A stretch of 10,514 nucleotides of DNA from Candidatus Firestoneibacteriota bacterium (lineage in GTDB: Bacteria > Oederibacteriota > D2-FULL-39-29 > JBDRBU01), in contig JBDRBU010000032.1 of assembly GCA_043822305.1 (NCBI GenBank), positions 1 through 10,514 on the forward strand. The letters run 5' to 3'. How positions within the stretch are numbered: the first letter of the stretch is position 1; each line of letters opens with the position of its first letter. Position numbers and translations under genes: made by a program. Positions 1 through 6,765 of this stretch are shown in pieces. The notes under the pieces were generated by a model. It was not told the origin of the DNA. It worked only from the letters and a program-made list of their open reading frames with translations, and made no database searches.

Positions 1-282
1 AATCTAAAGAAATGGAGGTGATAAAATAAAAAGGTTAATATCCTAACCTTATCAAATTAGGATAAATCCAAGATAAAAGGAGGCTTTAGGTTAAAGTAGA
101 GATATATAAAATATTTTCTACAATAGAACCTGAAGAACCAAAAATACATTGATGATGTGAAAAACCTTGCGCCTGCGGTTATGGCTCTGGTTACTGCTGA
201 TATTGAGGCGTGTGCGTTTTTGGAGTAAAGTTTGTTTATATATAGGTTATGATAATATAGCTTATAAATATTTTTGATTTAA

Positions 283-1260
283 TTAAAAATAAAAACTTAA
301 ATGTATATTAAACATTACTGCAATTCCCCTATCTCCGGATTTCAAGATAATATAATTTGCCCCTTGGTAATAATTCCGCATATAAGATATTCCTGTATCT
401 AGTCCTATTCCAATAGGAGCAAAATATAGCTCAGTCCCAATAAAACCACCTGCATTATAATAATTATCTATAGTATCAATGGCTCTATTACCACTATAAC
501 GAACGGCTAAACTATAATCAACACCTAAATATGGATAAATAACAGATCCCTCAGATATAAATAAATAATATCCCCGTCCTCCAATACTCCATGTCCGCAA
601 ATATATTTCGGCTAAAATATTATCACTAATACCGTATCTTATATGAAAACCAGGATAATTAAGGCCTATAGCAACTCTATTTGCGAAACTTGTTGTTTCG
701 ATTGTTTTATATTGTATGCGTTTATTTATTTTCTCTTCTTTTTTTTCTGCCGGTTTTTCAACTTCCTTTTTCTCCTCTTTTACCTCAACTCCTGATAATT
801 GACCAGCCACCTTTTTTGTTAACGCTTCAATTTCATCTAAATCCTTGCACTTCTCTCTTAGTGAAAATACGATGGCTGATGTTTCCACATCTACAACACT
901 TACTTCAAGATAATAGAACGTTCCTAGTTTTGACAAGGTTCCAACAACCATCTTTCTTACATTTAATATTCTCCCCACTTCAACAGCACACTCCATATTC
1001 GTACAACCTGACATCTGAAACTTCTGCTCATTTAATATTTTGTCCATATTTGTTCTATCTAATACTGTAAATTTCTGAGTATTAACCATATCGCTTCTTA
1101 AAAAATTCGCTACTATTTCAGCTTCTGCTGCTGATACAACTTTTGCATCAAAAGTAGCAACTGCTATCTTCTCTTTTTCTGCACCGAAAGTTAAATCACA
1201 AAAAAGAATTAAGAAACTTACAAAAAATAATATACTCTGTTTTTGTCGAGTAGAACTCAT
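283..1260 (-). CDS. Exported CsgG/HfaB-like protein with a C-terminal beta-strand-rich (outer-membrane-like) domain; 3' exon of an intron-interrupted gene
   Basis: Hydrophobic signal peptide (KQSILFFVSFLILFCDLTFGA). CsgG-like segment 'KFTVLDRTNMDKILNEQKFQMSGCTNMECAVEVGRILNVRKMVVGTLSKLG', K/E-rich linker, amphipathic strands ending in ...HLSFYF. Spliced form is join(1911..1908,1244..283), 321 aa, starting MKKQSIL. Unspliced form from the intron-internal ATG at 1260 is 325 aa, starting MSSTRQKQSIL. Confidence 0.75.
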   Translation of the reverse strand: MSSTRQKQSILFFVSFLILFCDLTFGAEKEKIAVATFDAKVVSAAEAEIVANFLRSDMVNTQKFTVLDRTNMDKILNEQKFQMSGCTNMECAVEVGRILNVRKMVVGTLSKLGTFYYLEVSVVDVETSAIVFSLREKCKDLDEIEALTKKVAGQLSGVEVKEEKKEVEKPAEKKEEKINKRIQYKTIETTSFANRVAIGLNYPGFHIRYGISDNILAEIYLRTWSIGGRGYYLFISEGSVIYPYLGVDYSLAVRYSGNRAIDTIDNYYNAGGFIGTELYFAPIGIGLDTGISYMRNYYQGANYIILKSGDRGIAVMFNIHLSFYF

Positions 1261-1400
1261 AGCCACCTCCTCGAGGACACTATGAGTCCCCTCACGGAAC
1301 TGGACGTGAAGTTTTCCCTCATCCAGCTCTTCAAGTATATCTCCCTATTTTGACCCTCAAAGGTCATTTTTAAGGTAATTGGGTTAGGTTGCGTTGCCAA
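1257..1400 (-). pseudogene. Remnant of the intron-encoded protein start; 47-codon mini-ORF reading through D4-D5-D6
   Basis: GGAG at 1409-1406, then TTG at 1400, at the usual IEP start position just after D3. First residues (L/M)ATQPNPITLK resemble group II IEP N-termini from memory. No RT motifs follow. Stop TGA at 1259-1257. Confidence 0.55.
1297..1329 (-). ncRNA. Group II intron catalytic domain 5
   Basis: 33-nt hairpin GAGCUGGAU...AC-GUCCAGUUC with AGC catalytic triad, purine-rich loop and AC bulge. Confidence 0.93.
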
Positions 1401-1907
1401 CTGTTCTCCAGCTTTGATACTGGCGGTTGTTTCCCCGTCCTGATATACTCGTAAGTCCCTTCGCTCCATTTGCTTTCACAGACTTCTTCGCTACTATGGA
1501 CTTATCCGACCACCTATTATAAATCTTTTGCAACTCCTTGCTTCTTACGGCTTGTTGTTGCATACCTCTTATAAGGAATACATAGGTTCTCCCAAGTTCC
1601 TGTAATATCTCTTTAATGCGTCGCCACGGTCTCAGACCCCGTCGGGTTCCTGTTTCCTCGCCTCTTTTATTTGATTCGGCTACAGGACTTCTGTCTGCTC
1701 CATTATGAACTGTCCTGACCTCCGACATGATGGTGATTTCGGGGCTCAATCCCTTCACTTGCGTTACGGCTCCACATTCCTCCACTTTGGCTTCACGTAT
1801 GCAGGTTACCCCACATGGTTGTGCAAAGGTTTGTTCTGGAGTGATGGCTAATCTTTTCCCAGATTGAATTTTCACCAATTTGATATTACAAGCTTTTCTT
1901 GGCACAC

Positions 1908-1920
1908 TCATAATCACCTC
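1908..1920 (-). promoter_or_regulatory. 5' exon end: Shine-Dalgarno GAGGTG, start codon ATG and 1 nt (intron target site, IBS2/IBS1)
   Basis: Minus strand reads GAGGTGATT-ATG-A|GTGTG. Joining to 1244 gives ATG AAA AAA CAG AGT ATA, in frame with the downstream ORF. Confidence 0.85.
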
Positions 1921-1935
1921 GAATACTCTTATATA

Positions 1936-1964
1936 AATATATCATTAAAATTCATAAATATCAA
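1936..1964 (-). promoter_or_regulatory. Putative sigma70 promoter of the intron-containing gene
   Basis: TTGATA (1964-1959), 17-bp spacer, TATATT (1941-1936) with an extended -10 TGn. The AT-rich context raises the chance of a false match. Confidence 0.55.
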
Positions 1965-2135
1965 CCAAAAATATCAGAAATTCCCCATCTAAAAATGATT
2001 CAAGAGAAGGCAGTAAAAAGAGCCTAAAATAAGAAAAAGAAAAGAGAAAAAAGGTAAAAATATTGTATAATTGTAATGAAATAAAGCAATATCTTCTTTT
2101 TCTTTTCTCTTTTTTGGAATCCTATCTATCTGGAG

Positions 2136-2462
2136 GTGTTTAATATAGAAATAAACATAAAAGAATATTTCAGATTTATGAATGAAAGATTTCACATGGA
2201 AAATCAGATAGAAAGATTGCCGGATAAAAGAGTAAAGAAGCAGATAAGTTTAAAACAAATAATACAAATGTTGTTCGTAATGGGAGCATTGGGAGTAAGG
2301 AGTATAAAGCAATTAGATATTTTAGGCAGACAGAATTGGGCTAAGAAATTTACAAATAGTAAAAGGCTGCAGGTAGTAAGCGATAGCAGTATAGAGCGAA
2401 TAATAAGATGGTTAAGCGGGAAATTGATCGAAGAAATAAATTTAACAAAGTTCTGTACATAG
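2136..2462 (+). pseudogene. Truncated DDE transposase, N-terminal domain only (ISAs1/H-repeat/ISNCY-like)
   Basis: 'LPDKRVKKQISLKQIIQMLFVMGALGVRSIKQL' and 'VSDSSIERIIRWL' resemble the DxR...L..I and (P)SxxTxxR motifs of H-repeat-type transposase N-termini. ORF ends at 108 aa, before any catalytic domain. Upstream TATAAT (2066-2071) and GGAGGTG (2132-2138). Confidence 0.7.
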
Positions 2463-2533
2463 TAACGATGTTGAATGAATATTACAATAAAGGATATGAA
2501 AGAGCAAAACAGTTTTAATAGTCGCTGTCCCCT

Positions 2534-4381
2534 TTAAAAAATCTCAATATTGATATACTTTTTACTTACTCTTGTTTGTGTTTCGAATTCAGTAATACTA
2601 TCTTTTAACAAAACTCCTACACTATCTTTATTTTTTAACAGCAATTGGTAGTTGTAATATCCTTTAACTCTATTAACAAATGCCGGACCTAATATATTAC
2701 TTTCTTTCAATTTTTCTTTTATTATCTCTTTTAACAAATTTGCAAGATTCTTTACTTTTTTCTCATCCTTATTTTTTATTGTAACTAAACCAAGTCTAGA
2801 ATAAGGTGGGTAGTTTAATTGTTCTCTTGATTTTAGTTCATTCATCCAAAACTCTTCTAAATTGTTTATTGAAAAATTTTTCTCGTTTTTCACTTGAAGT
2901 ATTATTCTCGCATCTGCGGAGACCCTATCAACTATGCTTAATAAAAAATTAACAGCTAACTCAGATGAATTAAAAGTAGGAATATTTAACAAATAATCAA
3001 ACCCCAAAATTACGACAGTTCCTTTTTTTAAATATTTTAAATAATTTAAAGCGAATTGAGTACCAACTATAATATTTATCTCATCTTTTATAAATCTATT
3101 TAACATATCTTTTTTTAATGAATCTTTTTTTATTACTTCTGTATCCACTCTTTGAACTAAATATTTATCAAAATTCTTTTTAACTTCCAATTCAACCTTT
3201 TCAATGCCAAAACCAGAACTATTAATAAACACACCATGACAATTAGGGCATTTATTTTCCAGGCTCAGACTATTACGGCAGTATCTACATCTTAAACTAT
3301 TATCTTCCTTATAAAAAACAAGAGACATTCCACATTTTTCACACTGGAACACATAACCACAATCTTCACAGTAAATTGAGGTTGAATATCCCTTTCTGGT
3401 AGTTATAAAAATTATCTTTTCATTATTATTCAAATCTTCTTTCACCATATCATCAATTTGGGAAGAAACTATTTTATTTTTATTATAATAAGACACAATT
3501 TTAATATCTTTTGTAGACGCAATTTCAGAAAATAATGTTTCATATTTACATCTTGATTCCAACGATAATGAATATGAACCCAGAATCACATTTATTCCCT
3601 CTATTTCGGCTCTTTTTACTACTACTTTGCAGGTATTAAACTTTGGAGTTTCATCACTAAAATATGAATTTGAGTTTTCTTCTTCAACAATTATAAGTTT
3701 TAAACCAACTACAGGCAGAAATATACTTTGTCTGGTGCCAATAACAATTTTCACATTATTAGATAAAATTTTTGAAAGGACAAGAAACCTATCTTTAGAA
3801 CTTAATTTACTGTGGAATTTGATTGGTTCTATATTAAATCTATCTTTAATAACTTTTTCAAAAAATTCTAATGATGATATTTCCGGTACAACAAGTAAAA
3901 CACTTTTATTGTTATTTATATATTTTTCAATATTTTGTAAATAAATATTCAGCCTTTTTTCTTTTTGTGCTTCAACTGTATAAATTTCTGATGAGTCTTC
4001 CCTTGATGTTTTATCATCTACCTTATCTTTAAGAGTTTCGAATTTACCATATTTTGGTGGGATTGTTTTAATTCTGGGAGGAAACATTGTATGCAATGTC
4101 ATACCCAGAGAGGCACAGTATTCATCTCCTATCCATAAAGCAAGTTTAAATAAATCCTTTGTAATTATCGGGAAAGGGTCGTATGCAGATTCAATATATT
4201 TTAAACCTTTTACTTCTGAAATTTTAGGAAAATTAATTATATATCCAATTTGTTTGCTTTTTTTTAATGGAACAACGACTCTTTGATAAAGTCTTAATTT
4301 ATCTTTTAAATTAGGCGGTATTAAATAATGAAAAGTTTTAAAAGAAGGGGTATTAACCGCTACATCTGCATAATCTGTCAT
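2534..4381 (-). CDS. priA: Primosomal protein N' (PriA) with degenerate helicase motifs
   Basis: N-terminal 3'-binding domain (YADVAV...TFHYLIP...RVVVPL), 'LVVPEI', 'FHSKLS', 'IVIGTRQSIFLP', four CxxC pairs (CEDC, CEKC, CRYC, CPNC), 'GFGIEKVE', 'IVGTQ', 'ELKSREQLNYPPYSRL', 'ILGPA'. Start is probably ATG 4381 (MTDY); the ORF track extends to 4405. Confidence 0.92.
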   Translation of the reverse strand: MTDYADVAVNTPSFKTFHYLIPPNLKDKLRLYQRVVVPLKKSKQIGYIINFPKISEVKGLKYIESAYDPFPIITKDLFKLALWIGDEYCASLGMTLHTMFPPRIKTIPPKYGKFETLKDKVDDKTSREDSSEIYTVEAQKEKRLNIYLQNIEKYINNNKSVLLVVPEISSLEFFEKVIKDRFNIEPIKFHSKLSSKDRFLVLSKILSNNVKIVIGTRQSIFLPVVGLKLIIVEEENSNSYFSDETPKFNTCKVVVKRAEIEGINVILGSYSLSLESRCKYETLFSEIASTKDIKIVSYYNKNKIVSSQIDDMVKEDLNNNEKIIFITTRKGYSTSIYCEDCGYVFQCEKCGMSLVFYKEDNSLRCRYCRNSLSLENKCPNCHGVFINSSGFGIEKVELEVKKNFDKYLVQRVDTEVIKKDSLKKDMLNRFIKDEINIIVGTQFALNYLKYLKKGTVVILGFDYLLNIPTFNSSELAVNFLLSIVDRVSADARIILQVKNEKNFSINNLEEFWMNELKSREQLNYPPYSRLGLVTIKNKDEKKVKNLANLLKEIIKEKLKESNILGPAFVNRVKGYYNYQLLLKNKDSVGVLLKDSITEFETQTRVSKKYINIEIF

Positions 4382-5000
4382 ATTCTTTTCTGAGTAATTT
4401 AACATCCTTCCATACGTCCTTTTTATAATCAGGGAATCTTAAACATGCCGAAGGATGTAATGTTGGAATAACCTCTATACCTTTCCAGAAAAATATATTT
4501 CCTCTAATTTTAGTTATCCCTTCTTTTGTATTAAGTAAAGTTTGTGTAGATGGATTTCCTAAGGTACAAATAATAACAGGATTAATCATCTCTAATTGTT
4601 TTTCAAGATAAGGCTTACACTTTTCAACCTCATCTGGCTCGGGTGGTCTGTTATTAGGTGGTCTACATTTTAAGATATTCAATATAAATACTTCTTCCCT
4701 TTTAAAATTTATAGATTCTATTATTTTAGTCAGAAGTTGACCCGCCCTACCTACAAATGGTCTACCCTGTTCATCTTCATCTCGCCCTGGTGCTTCGCCT
4801 ATAAAAACAACTTTTGCATCTGGACTACCTTCTCCAAAAACAAAATTTATTCTTGTCTTATGTAACTCACATAATTTACAATCCTTGATTTGTTCATAAA
4901 AATTTCCTAATTGTGTCTTTCCACCCTTCTTAAAATAAACAAATCCTTCATCTTTTAAAGATTGTTGAATATGAGTTTTTAACGACTTAATTATGGTCAT
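4353..5000 (-). CDS. Uracil-DNA glycosylase, family 4 (4Fe-4S)
   Basis: CKLC, '[35 protein letters not shown]', '[10 protein letters not shown]', 'HPS'. Start is probably ATG 5000, just after the rpoZ stop; the ORF track starts at 5036. Confidence 0.95.
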   Translation of the reverse strand: MTIIKSLKTHIQQSLKDEGFVYFKKGGKTQLGNFYEQIKDCKLCELHKTRINFVFGEGSPDAKVVFIGEAPGRDEDEQGRPFVGRAGQLLTKIIESINFKREEVFILNILKCRPPNNRPPEPDEVEKCKPYLEKQLEMINPVIICTLGNPSTQTLLNTKEGITKIRGNIFFWKGIEVIPTLHPSACLRFPDYKKDVWKDVKLLRKEYDRLCRCSG

Positions 5001-5007
5001 GACTTCA

Positions 5008-5217
5008 TTATTTGGATTTCTTTTTGGGTTCTTCATACTTAACTTTTCCTAATAAAGTTTCTTCCAAGGCCATGCTTGAAGATTTCTTGAAATTCGAGTC
5101 AGTATTTAAATCACTTTTTTCAGCTAATTGCCTTGCCCTTTTTGATGCAACTACTGTAATCTTATACTTATTTTGTACCTTATCCAGATATTTTTCTAAA
5201 GAAAAAGTTGTAGTCAT
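5008..5217 (-). CDS. rpoZ: RNA polymerase omega subunit
   Basis: 'NKYKITVVASKRARQL...ALEE', 69 aa, directly after gmk, with an AGAGGAG RBS upstream. Confidence 0.93.
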   Translation of the reverse strand: MTTTFSLEKYLDKVQNKYKITVVASKRARQLAEKSDLNTDSNFKKSSSMALEETLLGKVKYEEPKKKSK

Positions 5218-5278
5218 ATTTTCTCCTCTTCTCCTCAGGGGACAGACACCCTATTTATTTTTTATATTTTTCCATTTA

Positions 5279-5897
5279 TCATCTTTGAATTCTAAATAAT
5301 TGACCCTTTATTATTTCTTTTATCTCGTTTACTGCATCTTTAAGTTTATCATTAACTACCAGATAATCATACCTGGGAATTTTATTTAACTCATTTTCTG
5401 CTGTTTTTAATCTGATTTTTGTTTCTTTTAAACTTTCTGTGCCCCTTTTATGCATACGACTTAACATCGTGTTTATAGTTGGCGGTAATAAAAATATTAA
5501 AATAGCATTTTTCAAATTTCTTTTTTATCTCAAGACCACCTTTTACATCTATGGTTAAAATTACAGTTTTACTCTTTTTAAGATTATCCATAACAAACTT
5601 TTTTGGTGTTCCATAATAATTATTGTGAACTTTTTTACTTTCAAGAAAAAAACTTTCAGACTTTAGTCTTGAAAATTCGTTTTTTGAGATAAAACAATAG
5701 TCCTTACCGTTTATTTCTTTATTCCTTGGCAATCTTGTTGTCCAGGAAACTGCTCTTAAAATATTTTTATCGCTTTTTATTAATTCTTCACAAACTGTTG
5801 TCTTACCACCGGCCGTAGGAGCAGAGATTATTACTATCCGCCCTTTTAATCTTTTATATTTACGAACTATTTCTTCAAATTTTTTTTTATTCAACAT
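5279..5897 (-). CDS. gmk: Guanylate kinase, split by a single extra base near 5508-5526
   Basis: N-terminal part: 'IVIISAPTAGGKTT', 'SWTTRLPR..EINGKDYCF', 'VHNNYYGTP', 'IDVKG'. C-terminal part in the +1 frame: 'AILIFLLPP...L..R..RGTES...RL..A..E....YDYLVVND'. Removing one base gives a 205-aa protein. Confidence 0.93.
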
Positions 5898-6750
5898 TTT
5901 GCATCTGCTCTCTAATTTTTTCTAATTCTTCTTTAAAACTTACAACATTATGTGAAATATCTACACTAATACATTTTGCTCCTAATGTGTTTATCTCTCG
6001 CATAATTTCCTGGATTAAGAAATCCAACCTTCTCCCCACTATTTCATTATTTCTTATTATATCACAAAACTCTTTTAAATGACAGTTTAATCTTACTATT
6101 TCTTCTGTAATATCACTTTTTTCTATTATGCCTGATATTTCTGCATATAACCTGTCTTCATTTATCTTAACTTCGTTAAAATTTTTTATGAATTTTTCTT
6201 TTAATTTTCTTTTGATTTCCGGGATAGACTTCTTGTGAATCCTGACAATATCATTTAGCATTATTTTTAGTTTATCAACCCTACGACTGATATCTTTTCC
6301 AATTCTTCCCCCCTCTTTTCTTTTTGAATTTAAGATATTATCCATAGCTTTTAATAATGCATTTTTTAAACCTAACCAGTTTATTTTTCTTACATCTTGC
6401 ACTTTAAAAATTTCCGAAAACCTTAAAATCATTTCCAATGATATATTGCCTTTTATTCCCAGTGTTTTTTGCAATTTTTTTAATTCATTTAAATAATTTT
6501 TCGCAAATTCTATATCAACTAAAATCTTTTTATTCCCAGAATTACAATCTACAAAAATTACCACATCAAGATAACCCCTTGTTATTTTGTTTCTAATCAC
6601 TCCTTTAACCTTATCCTGATAATGAATTAAGGAATCTGGCATTTTAAAATTAGCATCAAAATACTTGTGATTTACTGATTTTATTTCTACTGTATATCTA
6701 ACACCCTTTAAATTAAAAAACCCATTTCCAAATCCTGTCATACTTTTCAT
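5887..6750 (-). CDS. yicC: YicC/YloC family endoribonuclease
   Basis: 'MKSMTGFG', 'EIKSVNHKY', 'DITEEIVRL', 'GRRLDFLIQEIMREINTLGAK', 'ELEKIREQMQNVE'. AGGAGG RBS. Usual position upstream of gmk, overlapping its start. Confidence 0.95.
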   Translation of the reverse strand: MKSMTGFGNGFFNLKGVRYTVEIKSVNHKYFDANFKMPDSLIHYQDKVKGVIRNKITRGYLDVVIFVDCNSGNKKILVDIEFAKNYLNELKKLQKTLGIKGNISLEMILRFSEIFKVQDVRKINWLGLKNALLKAMDNILNSKRKEGGRIGKDISRRVDKLKIMLNDIVRIHKKSIPEIKRKLKEKFIKNFNEVKINEDRLYAEISGIIEKSDITEEIVRLNCHLKEFCDIIRNNEIVGRRLDFLIQEIMREINTLGAKCISVDISHNVVSFKEELEKIREQMQNVE

Positions 6751-6765
6751 ATTTCCTCCTGGTTA

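Larger units (their letters stand above)
1245..1907 (-). mobile_element. ORF-less group II intron (IIB-like ribozyme, 663 nt)
   Basis: 5' end GUGUG at 1907 fits the GUGYG consensus. 3' end is ...CUACUCGAC at 1245. Domain 5 GAGCUGGAUGAGGGAAAACUUCACGUCCAGUUC (1329-1297) has the AGC triad and AC bulge. Domain 6 stem has a bulged A at 1251. D1-end 'GGAACUUGGGAGAACCU' and D3 'CCAUAGUAGCGAAGAAG...GGAGCGAAGGG' motifs are present. GC content is higher than the flanks. No reverse transcriptase ORF in D4. Confidence 0.93.

Noticed and set aside
230..282. Intrinsic terminator after the CsgG-like gene
   Set aside because: Only weak AT-rich pairing, with no GC stem followed by a U tract.
681..1070. 129-aa plus-strand ORF
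   Set aside because: Antisense shadow of the CsgG-like gene with no recognisable motifs.
1257..1469. 70-aa ORF from ATG 1469
   Set aside because: The ATG is inside conserved domain 3 structure. Only the part from TTG 1400 has an RBS.
1384..1917. 177-aa ORF as a conventional protein gene or intron-encoded RT
   Set aside because: It lies over ribozyme domains 1-4 and has no RT motifs such as YADD. Kept only as an open-frame observation.
1989..2195. 68-aa minus-strand ORF
   Set aside because: Produced by low-complexity purine/pyrimidine tracts and antisense to the transposase start.
3627..3944. Plus-strand ORFs 3627-3944, 5012-5299, 6808-7101 and 7902-8138
   Set aside because: All are antisense to well-supported genes or run through repeats.
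5520..5526. A-AAA-AAG slippery heptamer as a programmed -1 frameshift rescuing gmk
   Set aside because: A -1 slip reaches TGA within three codons. The C-terminal half needs a +1 shift.
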